A DNA stretch of 64,000 nt from an uncultured Lentisphaeria bacterium (GCA_949287225.1 CASEFP010000110.1:17237-81236); one strand, 5' to 3'; numbered from the stretch's first letter, positions 1-9,701 are shown. Translations and numbers: made by a program. Notes: generated by a model not told the origin, from the letters alone.

Positions 1-1265
1 GTGCGGCCTGTCTCGCCAGAAAATACGCGGCGCTGAAAGACCGTCTGATCAAACGGAAAATCGAATACGCGCCGGTGCCGCTGAAGTCAATTCAGATGCG
101 CGCGAACTCCACGCGCCGGGAGTTCCTGTCCAAATCCAGCAAGCTGCCGACCGTCTGGCGCAACCTCTTCTTCCCGACCGAGATTCTGAACGCGCTCGGC
201 GTGCGCATGCTGACGCTGGAGACCTATGCGGCGCTCTTCGCGCGCAACTCGAAACGCACGAAAAAAGCGCTCGACGTGGCGGCATACAAGGGCTTTGCCG
301 CGGAGACGTGCTCCTTCCTGCGGGTTCTCGAGGGAATCGACCTGCCGAAACCCGATTTCGGCGTCTCGACCTCCCAGCCCTGCCAGCAGGGCGAGAGAAT
401 CTTCCAGGATCTCGCGCGCCAGTATGGATTCTCCGATCGCTTCTATTCGCTTCACACGCCCGTCAGCATGAATGACGACAACGCCGTGGAAACAATCGCC
501 GAAGGGCTTGAAACAGCGGTCGGCAAAATGGAAAAGGCCCTCGGAATCAAGATGGATCCCGGCAGACTTTCCGAAGCGTGCGACTTTTCCAACCAGGCCG
601 CCGCGATCTCGAAGAAATGCAACGATCTGCGCTGGAGCAGCCCCCCGCTGATCCGCGGCGCCGAAGGCGTCTACAATGCGATTCTCTTCTCCCAGCTCTG
701 GGGCAAAAAGGAGCTGATCGACATTCAGGGCCAGTTCCTCCAGGAGCTGACCGAACGCCGGGAATGGGCCGAAAAACACTATTCCATCGACGACACCCAC
801 CGGATTCTCTGGCTGCACCTGCCGCCGTTCTACGATACGAAGATTCTGGACTATATCGAGGATACCTGCAATGCGCCGATCGTATTCGAAGAGGTGAACT
901 TTGTTGACTGGATCGACCTGGATCCCGACGAACCCTATCGTTCACTGGCAAGAAAACTTCTGACAGTCGGCTATCTTGATCCGAAACTGCGGGTCAACTA
1001 CATCAGCCAGAACGCGGCGAAGGCAAAACTCAACGGCTGCATCCTCTACAACCACGGATTCGGCCGCTGCTCACTGGCGGACAGCTGTTTCGCCAAACAT
1101 CTCCGCGAGGAACTCCGCAAGGTCAATCTGCCTCTGCTGACCCTCGACGGGGACTGTATGGATCAGACCACCGATCCGTGCAGCACCTTCACGAAGATCA
1201 GCGCCTTCATCGAAGCGTTGAACAGTAAGAAATACGGCAACATTTTCGGCCCTGTGGCAAAGTAA
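1..1265 (+). CDS. 2-hydroxyacyl-CoA dehydratase family protein (HgdB/BcrC/BadD-like), 5' end cut by window edge
   Basis: The reading frame of ORF 75..1265 stays open back to nt 3 (AACLARKYAALKDRL...), so the gene probably starts upstream of the window. Overall resemblance to the dehydratase D-component family, e.g. LFFPTEILNALGVRMLTLE near the N-terminus and Cys-containing ...HGFGRCS...DGDCMD near the C-terminus. Family assignment is by recall only. Confidence 0.6.
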   Translation, partial: AACLARKYAALKDRLIKRKIEYAPVPLKSIQMRANSTRREFLSKSSKLPTVWRNLFFPTEILNALGVRMLTLETYAALFARNSKRTKKALDVAAYKGFAAETCSFLRVLEGIDLPKPDFGVSTSQPCQQGERIFQDLARQYGFSDRFYSLHTPVSMNDDNAVETIAEGLETAVGKMEKALGIKMDPGRLSEACDFSNQAAAISKKCNDLRWSSPPLIRGAEGVYNAILFSQLWGKKELIDIQGQFLQELTERREWAEKHYSIDDTHRILWLHLPPFYDTKILDYIEDTCNAPIVFEEVNFVDWIDLDPDEPYRSLARKLLTVGYLDPKLRVNYISQNAAKAKLNGCILYNHGFGRCSLADSCFAKHLREELRKVNLPLLTLDGDCMDQTTDPCSTFTKISAFIEALNSKKYGNIFGPVAK

Positions 1266-1341
1266 AACCCTCCGGACCGGATTTTGAGAAGGAACCGCGG
1301 GAAAGGAAAGATCTTTCCCCCTGAAACAGGAGAAATACGCC

Positions 1342-1695
1342 ATGTTCAAAAGCAGAAATGATGCATCTCTCGAGGTCCGCAGCCAGGTGCGCGGCGGTAT
1401 CGGAGATGCGAATTTCAACCACATCTGGAAAAAGGGAAGCGAACTGAATTCCAATATGCGCCTCTATGCGAAAATCGTTCTGAAACCGGGCGATTCCATC
1501 GGCTATCATGTTCACGAGGGGGAGGATGAACTTTATTACATTCTCTCCGGGCGCGCCGAAACCGACGACAACGGCGTCATCCGCGAACTTGTCCCCGGTG
1601 ACAGCACGCTGACAAGAAGCGGCGAAGGCCATTCGATCAAGGCGCTCGGACCGGAAAATCTCGAACTTCTGGCGACAATCGTCACACATTCTTGA
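1342..1695 (+). CDS. cupin domain protein
   Basis: 117 aa with the cupin metal motif region GYHVHEGEDELYYILSG ... GEGHSI. RBS AGGAG lies 9 nt upstream of the ATG. Confidence 0.75.
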   Translation: MFKSRNDASLEVRSQVRGGIGDANFNHIWKKGSELNSNMRLYAKIVLKPGDSIGYHVHEGEDELYYILSGRAETDDNGVIRELVPGDSTLTRSGEGHSIKALGPENLELLATIVTHS

Positions 1696-1791
1696 TTTTT
1701 TTATCATTTCCAGGTGTTTTTTTCGAAAAACAAGCCTATATTACGGAAGATCCGTCAGGTTGTCATTTTTAAGAAATGGAGAAGAGCGAAT

Positions 1792-2817
1792 ATGAAACTT
1801 TTCATGAGTGCGGTTTGTGCGTTGGGTCTTGCGGTCGCGATTTCCGGCTGTGCCACCAGTGAGGAAGAATTCATCATCCAGAAGGGTATTACCGACGAAC
1901 GAGTGGATTTGACCGGAGATTCCGATTTCGGATTGAAGAATCTGGAGGTTTTTTCCAAGACGGACGACAATGGATTGCTGAACGCCGACGTTACAATCGA
2001 GATCAGCCGCACCACATTCTGGTACTGGGTCTTCCATGGCGATCCGCTGCTGAAACTCGCCTATCGTTTCGACTGGATCGACAATCAGGACCGGGCGGAT
2101 TCCATGCCGTGGCAGTACACCAGCGCCCTCCCCGGCAACATTCTCCGTTTCCATGGAATTGCTCCCGCTGAAAAATACACCTCCTTCAAACTTTTTGTCC
2201 AGTTCTGCAAGGAAGGGGAAACCCTCGCAAACCCCGCCACAGAGGCTGCTTCGGCAAAGGAAATCAAGCCTGCGGTGGAAAAAAATGCTGAACAAGCAAA
2301 AGCCGTCACCGCTCCCGCCGCTGCAAAGAAAGCAGAAGCCGCACCCGTAAAAACGGAGTTCAAAAAGGTGGAAACGGCTGTCAAAGCCGACATAAAGAAA
2401 GTCGAAGCCGAGGCTAAGGCCGAAGTCAGAAAAGTCGAAGCAAAAGCAGACACCGATGTCAAAAAGGCGGAAACCGCCACCAAAGCCGACATAAAGAAAG
2501 TTGAAGCTGAGGCTAAGGCGGAAGTCAGGAAGATTGAGGCAAAAGCAGATGCAGATGTAAAAAAGGCCGAAACCGCCGTCAAAACCGACATAAGGAAAGT
2601 TGAAGCTGAGGCTAAGGCGGAAGTCAGGAAGATTGAGGCAAAAGCAGATGCAGATGTAAAAAAGGCCGAAACCGCCGCCAAAGCCGATGAAAAGAAAGTG
2701 GAGGCTGAAGCTAAAGCCGAGATCAGAAAGACCGAAGCAAAAGTGGACGTCGGCATCAAAAAAATGGAAAAAGAGCTCAAGAAGGAAGAAGGCAAGCTGA
2801 CGGAATCCTTCTATTGA
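1792..2817 (+). CDS. lipoprotein: YcfL-like (DUF1425-like) N-terminal domain plus C-terminal Lys/Glu/Ala-rich 33-aa tandem repeats
   Basis: Start moved to the internal ATG at 1792, which has RBS GGAGAAGAGCGAAT. Signal peptide with lipobox [35 protein letters not shown] resembles the YcfL motif YRFYWYDARG (recalled). The C-terminus carries 4 x ([33 protein letters not shown]). Confidence 0.8.
   Translation: MKLFMSAVCALGLAVAISGCATSEEEFIIQKGITDERVDLTGDSDFGLKNLEVFSKTDDNGLLNADVTIEISRTTFWYWVFHGDPLLKLAYRFDWIDNQDRADSMPWQYTSALPGNILRFHGIAPAEKYTSFKLFVQFCKEGETLANPATEAASAKEIKPAVEKNAEQAKAVTAPAAAKKAEAAPVKTEFKKVETAVKADIKKVEAEAKAEVRKVEAKADTDVKKAETATKADIKKVEAEAKAEVRKIEAKADADVKKAETAVKTDIRKVEAEAKAEVRKIEAKADADVKKAETAAKADEKKVEAEAKAEIRKTEAKVDVGIKKMEKELKKEEGKLTESFY
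2383..2778 (+). repeat. 4 x 99-bp in-frame tandem repeat inside the lipoprotein gene
   Basis: Units start at 2383, 2482, 2581 and 2680, an exact 99-nt period. Units 2 and 3 share a 79-nt identical run (gttgaagctgaggctaaggcggaagtcaggaagattgaggcaaaagcagatgcagatgtaaaaaaggccgaaaccgccg). Units 1 and 4 are diverged. Confidence 0.95.
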
Positions 2818-2866
2818 TCGGACCGAACACGAGATTTTTAATACGAACCATCTGGAGAACTATTTC

Positions 2867-3250
2867 ATGCTGAATCTGGATTTTAAAAAGAGCGGGGGAC
2901 TGATTCCCGCCATTGCACAGGACTGGAAAACCGGCGACGTACTCATGCTCGCCTACATCAACGAGGAGTCCTGGAACGAAACGCTGAAAAGCGGCGTCGC
3001 CACCTATTGGTCGCGTTCCCGGAACAAACTCTGGAAAAAGGGCGAAGAGTCCGGCAACACGCAGGTCATCAAGGAAATTCTTGTCGATTGCGATGAGGAC
3101 ACGGTGATCTTCAAAGTGGAACAGATCGGCGGGGCAGCCTGTCATGAGGGCTACCGCTCCTGCTTCTTCCGGAGACTGGAAAAGAACGGCGATCTGGTCG
3201 TGATCGGCGAACGCGTTTTCGATCCGGCGAAGGTCTACAAGAAAAAATAA
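2867..3250 (+). CDS. hisI: phosphoribosyl-AMP cyclohydrolase
   Basis: 127 aa. Typical HisI core: GLIPAIAQD...[11 protein letters not shown]...[18 protein letters not shown]...DCDEDTV...[14 protein letters not shown]. No HisE domain is attached. Confidence 0.9.
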   Translation: MLNLDFKKSGGLIPAIAQDWKTGDVLMLAYINEESWNETLKSGVATYWSRSRNKLWKKGEESGNTQVIKEILVDCDEDTVIFKVEQIGGAACHEGYRSCFFRRLEKNGDLVVIGERVFDPAKVYKKK

Positions 3251-3267
3251 GCGATCGGAGGCGCTTC

Positions 3268-5151
3268 ATGTCTCCTGCCGGACAGCCGGACAGATCCAGC
3301 GTGTTACAGGCGGCCCTGTCCGCCTCCTCCCGGATCACCGCTCAGGCATCATGGGATCGTTACAGTTCACTCGGGGCGGGTTCCGCCCCGTTTTTTCTGG
3401 TGGAACCGGCGAATGTCTCTGATGCGCGCTGCGCGATAGGGTTGGCATATACGCTCGGCAGAAAGGTATTTCCCCTGGGCAACGGGACAAATCTCGTCGG
3501 ATCCGATACGGAACTGTCTGACCTGCTTTTCCTGAAACTGCCCCTCCATTCCCAATTCGGAAAGATGGAACTGCTGCCGGATGGAACCGTGTGCGCGGGG
3601 GCGGCATGCTCTCTTCTGAGCGTGATCCGCTTTGCCGCGGAACACTCCCTCGGCGGAGCTTCCGCGCTCTGCGGGATTCCGGGGACCCTCGGCGGCGCGC
3701 TTGCCATGAATGCGGGTGCTATGGGAAAATCGCTTTCCGATTTTCTGGTTTCGGCAAAGGGAATTCTCCTGGAAGAGCAGGCACGGGAAGCTGTTTTCAC
3801 GCAGGAGGAGCTTCATCTTTCCTACCGGAATTCCCCGGTCGTTCGAGGGAAACTGCTTGTCACGGAATTGATTCTGCGTTTTCTTCCCGTCGATCCGGAG
3901 GAGGAAAATGAACGCATCGCGGCGGAACTCGCCCGCCGGAGCCGGGCGCCGAAAGGACGGAGCGCGGGAAGTGTTTTCCGCAATCCTTCACCGGAAATAC
4001 CTGCGGGAAAACTGCTGGAGGAGGCGGACTGCAAGCTCCTTCAACGCGGCGCATACGCAATCAGCGCGGCGCACGCGAACTGGATCGTGAAGGCGGAAAA
4101 GGATCTGCCCGGAAAAGAATCGGATGTTGCCGCGCTGGTTGAGGAAATGATCCGGCGCGTAAAAGAAAAATACAATACGGTGCTGCAGCCGGAAGTGAGG
4201 TTTGTGAAGATGGAGTCCGTCAGGAAGGAAAACGCGCCTTTGAAAGTTCTCGTGCTCAAAGGCGGGGTCAGCAGTGAACGCGAGGTTTCGCTGGAATCCG
4301 GCAAGGCGGTTGCGGACGCGCTCCGCGAGGCCGGATATGAGGTGCGCGAATATGACATCCGGGAGCTTGCCATCACCCCGGAGATGAAGGAGTGGGCTGA
4401 TGTGGTCTGGCCGGTTCTGCACGGCGGCTATGGCGAGGACGGCCGTATTCAGAAACTGCTGGAGGACGCTCATATCCGTTTTGTCGGCTCCAGTTCCACG
4501 GCGTGCGCCTTCCTTATGGACAAGGTTGCCAGCAAGAAACGCATGGATGAATTCGGAATTCCGAACGCGAAATACACCGTGCTGACGGAACGGACGGAAA
4601 CGATTCCCGAAGGGTTCACTCTGCCGCTGATCGTCAAGCCCGCCAGCGAAGGGTCCACGTTCGGCATCACGCTCGTTGAAACGGAGGCGGACTGGAAAAA
4701 AGCCATGGATCTCGTGTTTCAGTATGGAAATACAGCGCTGGTTGAGGAATTTTTCAAAGGTGTGGAGACAACCGTCGGAATCATTGACGGAAAACCGCTT
4801 CCGGTGATTGAGATCCGTTACGCTGGCAAGATTTATGATTACGACGCGAAATACACCCATGCACATGGCGATACGGAATACCTCTGCCCGCCGCGCACAA
4901 TTCCGGAAGAACTCCAGAAAAAGATTCAGGCGGCGGCATTGAAATTTTACGAGATTTCCGGCGCGGAGGAAATTCTGCGTGTCGATGTAATGGCCTCTCC
5001 GGAAGATGGAAGCATCTGCGTTCTGGAGGGCAACAGCATCCCCGGATGCACGGCGAACAGCCTTGTTCCGAAGGCCGCGCGTGCCGCGGGGATTTCTTTT
5101 CCGCAGCTTTGCAGTCAACTGGTTCAGGCGGCATCCCGCGATCGGAAATAG
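3268..5151 (+). CDS. murB/ddl: bifunctional UDP-N-acetylenolpyruvoylglucosamine reductase / D-alanine--D-alanine ligase (MurB-Ddl fusion)
   Basis: One uninterrupted 627-aa ORF. The N-terminal half has MurB motifs (GNGTNLVGSD, GIPGTLGGALAMNAGA, LSYRNS, SAGSVFRNP). After the linker KMESVRKENAPL the C-terminal half is Ddl (KVLVLKGGVSSEREVSLESG, HGGYGEDGRIQ, ATP-grasp ...EGSTFGI..., LEGNSIPG). RBS GGAGG upstream. Confidence 0.88.
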   Translation: MSPAGQPDRSSVLQAALSASSRITAQASWDRYSSLGAGSAPFFLVEPANVSDARCAIGLAYTLGRKVFPLGNGTNLVGSDTELSDLLFLKLPLHSQFGKMELLPDGTVCAGAACSLLSVIRFAAEHSLGGASALCGIPGTLGGALAMNAGAMGKSLSDFLVSAKGILLEEQAREAVFTQEELHLSYRNSPVVRGKLLVTELILRFLPVDPEEENERIAAELARRSRAPKGRSAGSVFRNPSPEIPAGKLLEEADCKLLQRGAYAISAAHANWIVKAEKDLPGKESDVAALVEEMIRRVKEKYNTVLQPEVRFVKMESVRKENAPLKVLVLKGGVSSEREVSLESGKAVADALREAGYEVREYDIRELAITPEMKEWADVVWPVLHGGYGEDGRIQKLLEDAHIRFVGSSSTACAFLMDKVASKKRMDEFGIPNAKYTVLTERTETIPEGFTLPLIVKPASEGSTFGITLVETEADWKKAMDLVFQYGNTALVEEFFKGVETTVGIIDGKPLPVIEIRYAGKIYDYDAKYTHAHGDTEYLCPPRTIPEELQKKIQAAALKFYEISGAEEILRVDVMASPEDGSICVLEGNSIPGCTANSLVPKAARAAGISFPQLCSQLVQAASRDRK

Positions 5152-5213
5152 TTCATGCCATTCATCCGCTCCTTCTGATTGTGGAACATACGAAATTCTG
5201 AGCGGAAAACAAG

Positions 5214-5248
5214 GGAAGACCGGATCCGGTTGCGCGTCTTTTTTTTCA
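5214..5248 (+). terminator. putative intrinsic terminator after murB-ddl
   Basis: GC-rich dyad (aagaCCGGATCCGGttgcgcgtctt) containing the palindrome ACCGGATCCGGT, followed by T8 at 5239-5246. Confidence 0.45.
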
Positions 5249-5267
5249 GATAAAATTCCTATTTGAT

Positions 5268-5295
5268 TTGACGCTTTTTGTTTCCGCGTTATAGT
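5268..5295 (+). promoter_or_regulatory. sigma70-like promoter upstream of mutS
   Basis: TTGACG (5268-5273), 16-nt spacer, TATAGT (5290-5295), about 88 nt upstream of the mutS ATG. Consensus match only. Confidence 0.5.
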
Positions 5296-5382
5296 ATTCT
5301 GTTCAACGTCAGGATGGAAAAATCCCGAAGATGACATCCGTATGACGGACTTGTTTCCACCAAGCAATCCAATGGGAGAATC

Positions 5383-7932
5383 ATGCAGGAAACCAGCAAT
5401 CTGACACCCGCGATGCGGCAGTATATGCAGATGAAGGCCGAAACGCCGGAAGGCGCCGTTCTGCTCTTCCGCATGGGTGATTTTTATGAGATGTTCTACG
5501 AGGACGCGCACAAAGCAAGTCCGATTCTTGAGATCGCGCTGACCAAGCGCGCCGGTTATCCGATGTGCGGCATTCCTTATCACGCGCTCGACAGTTATCT
5601 TCCGAAACTGCTGGAGGCCGGAGTCAAGGTCGCCATCGCGGAACAGCTGGAGGATCCCGCACTCGCCAAAGGCATTGTCAAGCGCGGCATCACAAGGATC
5701 ATTACGCCCGGAACGGTGCTTGATTCCTCCGTGCTGAACCCCCACAGGAATAATTTTCTCTGCGCCCTGACCGCCGCCAAAGACAAATTCGGACTTGCGT
5801 GGATGGACATCAGCACCGCGGAATTCAAAACCTCCGAACTCGCATCCCTGGCGGAACTGGAATCCCAGCTTTACAGCATTCAGGCGCGCGAATGTCTTCT
5901 TCCCGCCTCGCTGATGCGTCTCTGGGAGGAGGAAAAATCGTTCCCCTACACGCAGAAACAGATTCTCTGGACACCGCTCGACGACTGGATTTTTTCCCTC
6001 GAAAACGCCGAAGAGCTGCTGAAACGGCAGTTCCAGGTCATGACACTTGACGGATTCGGTCTGCGCGGGCGCACGCTCGCGATTCAGTCCGCGGGCGCGG
6101 TAATTTACTATGCATCCGAAAATCTCCGGCACAATGTCGTGCATATCCGCTCGCTCAGGTTCCACAGCCCGGAGGAATATCTCGCCCTCGATCCGATCTG
6201 CCAGCGCAATCTGGAGCTGGTCGAGCCGATGTTCGGCGCCTCAAAGGAGAATACGCTCCTCCATGTGCTCGACCGCACCAGCACGCCGATGGGAAGCCGC
6301 ATGATGCGCAACTGGCTGCTGAAACCGCTGAAGAATGTGGATCGGATCGTTGAGCGGCAGGATGTGGTCGGCATTCTCAAGGATGACCCGCTGACGCTTG
6401 CCGAGCTGCGTGAAACCATGGGAGCGGTGCGTGATCTTGAACGCATCATCGCGCGTCTCAACGTCGGAACCGTCAATCCCCGCGACATGCTTTCGCTTGC
6501 AAACAGTCTTGAAATGATCCCCGCGATCCGGACGCTGCTTTCCTCCTACGATCTCCCGCTTGTCGAACGCCTGCGGGAAAATATCTGTGAACTGCCCGAA
6601 CTTGCGGGAAAAATTCTTTCCGCGATCGTCGATGAACCGCCGGCAGCTATTTCCGACGGCGGCGTGATCCGCACGGGTTACAATCCGGAGCTGGACACCT
6701 TCCGCTCAGCCGCGACTGAAGGGAAACGCTGGGTTGCCGAGCTTCAGGCGAAGGAACAGGAGCGCAGCGGCATCAAATCGCTGAAGGTCAACTACAACCG
6801 TGTGTTCGGCTATTTTATCGAGGTCACGAAAACGCATCTTGCATCCATTCCGGACGACTACATCCGCAAGCAGACGCTGGCCAACAGCGAACGCTTCATC
6901 ACGCCTGAACTCAAGGAAATGGAAAGCCGCATTCTCGGTGCCGAAGACAAGGCGAAAGCACTGGAAATTCAGCTGTTTGAGGACCTGCGCAGATTTGCAG
7001 GAACATTCACGCCGCAGATTCAGCTGAGCGCTGCCGCACTCGCCGAAGTAGACGTTCTCTGCGCGCTCGCCGACTGCGCCCAGCGCTACTCCTACTGCCG
7101 CCCGAAGGTCGCCGACGACGATCTCCTGGACATCCGTGCCGGGCGCCATCCGGTGCTTGACTGCGCCATGAAAGGAGAACGGTTTATCCCGAATGATACG
7201 CTTCTGGACGGCGAGGACAACCGCATGATGATCATCACCGGCCCCAATATGGCGGGAAAATCCACCTACATCCGCCAGACCGCGCTTCTTGTCATCATGG
7301 CGCAGATGGGTTCCTTCCTCCCGGCGGCAAGCGCGCATGTCGGCGTTGCGGACCGGATCTTCACGCGCGTCGGTGCATCCGACGACATCGCACGCGGACA
7401 GAGCACCTTCATGGTGGAAATGGTCGAGACCGCGAACATCCTGAACAACGCCACCTCGAAAAGCATCGTGATTCTGGATGAGATCGGACGCGGAACAAGC
7501 ACATTCGACGGACTTTCCATCGCCTGGGCGGTCGCGGAATTTCTGCTGGATCACCCCTCCTGCCGCGCAAGAACCCAGTTCGCCACCCATTATCATGAAC
7601 TCACGGAACTTGCAATCACACGGCGCGGAGTGAAAAATTACAACGTTGCCGTGCGCGAATACGGTGATCAGGTCATCTTTCTGCGCCAGATTGTCCCGGG
7701 AGGAGCGGACAAGAGTTACGGCATCCACGTCGCCAAACTTGCAGGACTGCCGGAGGAGGTCATCTCGCGTGCACAGGACATCCTGGAAAATCTGGAAAAC
7801 AACTCCATTGCCGAGGCGGGACAACCCTCGCTTATCACGAAATCGCGCTATATGATCCGCGACTCCCGCCAGAAATACCGGAAGGAAAAAGAAGAAAACG
7901 GTCCGATTCAGCCGTCGCTGTTCGACCAGTAA
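5383..7932 (+). CDS. mutS: DNA mismatch repair protein MutS
   Basis: 849 aa. N-terminal TPAMRQYMQMK...FRMGDFYEMF, Walker A GPNMAGKSTYIRQ, DEIGRGTSTFDGLSIA, C-terminal SYGIHVAKLAG. Confidence 0.97.
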   Translation: MQETSNLTPAMRQYMQMKAETPEGAVLLFRMGDFYEMFYEDAHKASPILEIALTKRAGYPMCGIPYHALDSYLPKLLEAGVKVAIAEQLEDPALAKGIVKRGITRIITPGTVLDSSVLNPHRNNFLCALTAAKDKFGLAWMDISTAEFKTSELASLAELESQLYSIQARECLLPASLMRLWEEEKSFPYTQKQILWTPLDDWIFSLENAEELLKRQFQVMTLDGFGLRGRTLAIQSAGAVIYYASENLRHNVVHIRSLRFHSPEEYLALDPICQRNLELVEPMFGASKENTLLHVLDRTSTPMGSRMMRNWLLKPLKNVDRIVERQDVVGILKDDPLTLAELRETMGAVRDLERIIARLNVGTVNPRDMLSLANSLEMIPAIRTLLSSYDLPLVERLRENICELPELAGKILSAIVDEPPAAISDGGVIRTGYNPELDTFRSAATEGKRWVAELQAKEQERSGIKSLKVNYNRVFGYFIEVTKTHLASIPDDYIRKQTLANSERFITPELKEMESRILGAEDKAKALEIQLFEDLRRFAGTFTPQIQLSAAALAEVDVLCALADCAQRYSYCRPKVADDDLLDIRAGRHPVLDCAMKGERFIPNDTLLDGEDNRMMIITGPNMAGKSTYIRQTALLVIMAQMGSFLPAASAHVGVADRIFTRVGASDDIARGQSTFMVEMVETANILNNATSKSIVILDEIGRGTSTFDGLSIAWAVAEFLLDHPSCRARTQFATHYHELTELAITRRGVKNYNVAVREYGDQVIFLRQIVPGGADKSYGIHVAKLAGLPEEVISRAQDILENLENNSIAEAGQPSLITKSRYMIRDSRQKYRKEKEENGPIQPSLFDQ

Positions 7933-7944
7933 GCGTTTCGGAAC

Positions 7945-8226
7945 TTATCTCAGATCAGGCATCTGGAACGGATTTTCCTCCGCCTGTGCTTTGAAACCGG
8001 GCTGGCGGCGCATCCAGTTGTCCACTAGAGGTTCCAGAATAAAGTCTTCCAGCGCGGGGTTTGTTCCAAAATGGTGGTTGCAGAACGGGCAGAACGGATA
8101 AGATTCAATGTCCGCACGGCAAAGGATCTCCCGGCACGCGGGGCACACCAGACGGTGATCCAGCGCAACCATTCCCGGATTGTCGATACTCTGAAACTGA
8201 TAGTTCTGTTTCATGGGGCCGGACAT
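7945..8226 (-). CDS. small Cys-rich (zinc-ribbon-like) hypothetical protein
   Basis: 93 aa with CPACREILC...CPFCNHH, a candidate 4-Cys metal site. Lies directly downstream of the SDR gene on the same strand. Its stop is 12 nt from the convergent mutS stop. No family recognised. Confidence 0.5.
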   Translation of the reverse strand: MSGPMKQNYQFQSIDNPGMVALDHRLVCPACREILCRADIESYPFCPFCNHHFGTNPALEDFILEPLVDNWMRRQPGFKAQAEENPFQMPDLR

Positions 8227-8317
8227 GCGTCAGCTCCTTTCTATTGGAAAAGAAAGTCGAAAAAGCATTCCACCATTCCTTTTGCAGAATGCCGGCTGCA
8301 GGGAACACCGCAGGAAA

Positions 8318-9427
8318 TTATTCCGCGACAAGAGCGGGAACCGTCTGGCCGTAATACGATTTCGCCATCTTTTTCAGGAAATTGATGTCCAGCCGCCATG
8401 CCAGCGCCTCCGCGCCGAGAACCGCCTTGACCTGCGTATTGTCGAAGGTGATCTGCGAGGCAAAATAAGGCATGAGATCCTCAATCATCCTCTGCACCAT
8501 CTTCTCCTCCTTGGTCGGATTCTCGACATGGCTCAGAACCTGAAGACCTTCCGCCTGAAGCACAGCGGAAACGGCGATGTTGATGTCGTCCGTGGAAACG
8601 GGGCTTTCCCCGGTGATGTGATAGCATTTGTTCTCCACCGGAAGCGTGAAGATCGTGGAAATCGCCTTCTGGACATAGTCGATCGGAACAAAGTAAATCT
8701 TGTCCGACTTCTCCGATTCCAGACGGAGGCTGAGCTTGATCGGGGCATTCTGCGGAATATGGTTGCGGATGCAGTGATGACGTTTCACACTGCCGAGAAA
8801 TTCGAGAATGCGGTAGAAAGCCAGCGGTTTGCGGATCAAACCGTCGGAAAGGCGGCCGACGATGATGGAGGGGCGGTAAATGGTATAGGGAATACCGCAC
8901 TGCTGAACCAGCTTTTCCGCTTCGAACTTACTCTTTTCATAGGAGTTGACCCAGTCCGTTGCGGGGAGGTCGCCTTCCAGAACCACGCCGTTGGTTTTCC
9001 CCGCCACATACGCGGTACTGACGTAATGGAGCGCCTTCACCTTCAGCATATGGGCAAGAGCCAGCGCATTCTTTGTGCCTTCCAGATTGGTGGCATAGGT
9101 TTTCCCCTCGGGATCTTTTCCGAGGTTCACGTCCGCGGCACAGTGGAAAAATACGTCATAGGGGCCTTTCGCCACGATTTCATCGACAGGAAACTTCTTG
9201 ACATCGCCGCTGATGACTTCGATTCTGGCAAGCATGTTTTCCGTCAGTTCGGGTGTTCCGTCAAAAGCACACTGTTCGGCAATGACCTGATTGACGCGTT
9301 CCTGCGCGGTCTGCCCTCGGCCGCTGCGGCATATTGCGACAATCCGAATATCGTCCCTGTTGCGAAGTGTTGCGGTCACAAAAGACGCGCCCACCAGCCC
9401 CGTGATTCCTGTCAGTAATAATTTCAA
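8318..9427 (-). CDS. SDR-family NAD(P)-dependent reductase (thioester/fatty-acyl reductase-like, NAD_binding_4 type)
   Basis: 369 aa. Rossmann motif LLLTGITGLVG at the N-terminus, VSTAYVAG, catalytic YEKSK (YxxxK). The opposite-strand ORF 8213..9418 has no motifs. Confidence 0.8.
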   Translation of the reverse strand: MKLLLTGITGLVGASFVTATLRNRDDIRIVAICRSGRGQTAQERVNQVIAEQCAFDGTPELTENMLARIEVISGDVKKFPVDEIVAKGPYDVFFHCAADVNLGKDPEGKTYATNLEGTKNALALAHMLKVKALHYVSTAYVAGKTNGVVLEGDLPATDWVNSYEKSKFEAEKLVQQCGIPYTIYRPSIIVGRLSDGLIRKPLAFYRILEFLGSVKRHHCIRNHIPQNAPIKLSLRLESEKSDKIYFVPIDYVQKAISTIFTLPVENKCYHITGESPVSTDDINIAVSAVLQAEGLQVLSHVENPTKEEKMVQRMIEDLMPYFASQITFDNTQVKAVLGAEALAWRLDINFLKKMAKSYYGQTVPALVAE

Positions 9428-9516
9428 GACTCTACTCCCTGATTCCTATGTTATAACTTGCAGTCTTTATACAAAACAACACTGTTCCTTTCGGAAACAA
9501 AACGGTATATTTAACT

Positions 9517-9544
9517 AATATAGCATATTCGGAACGATTTGCAA
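9517..9544 (-). promoter_or_regulatory. sigma70-like promoter with extended -10 for the SDR gene
   Basis: On the minus strand: TTGCAA (9544-9539), 16-nt spacer, TGC-TATATT (-10 at 9522-9517). Shares the string AATATGCTATATTA with the parE promoter. Confidence 0.5.
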
Positions 9545-9701
9545 CGACTGTTCAAGATTTTTTTGCAAGATTCGGGATAATTTCCCGTCGATCTGCCTCC
9601 GCCAGCAGCAGGAGGAAACCGTTTCCGCCCGCTCTGTTCCAGGCACGGATGTTGTCTGCTCCCTTCTCCGGAAGTTTCCCTGTCTTTCCCGGAAATCCGC
9701 C

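Noticed and set aside
1714-1791. Upstream in-frame Met starts offered by the ORF track (1714, 9702, 26426..27559, 28644..29096, 31452, 32754, 36579, 39388..41283, 42107..43351, 43282, 43764, 48781, 53695..55473)
   Set aside because: In each case a downstream ATG has a proper Shine-Dalgarno sequence and yields the expected N-terminus (signal peptide, lipobox or conserved family start). The extension would overlap a promoter, a neighbouring gene or a repeat element.
3988-6165. 725-aa ORF on the minus strand
   Set aside because: It overlaps the Ddl half of murB-ddl and the 5' part of mutS, and it crosses their intergenic promoter/terminator region. No motifs. Shadow ORF.
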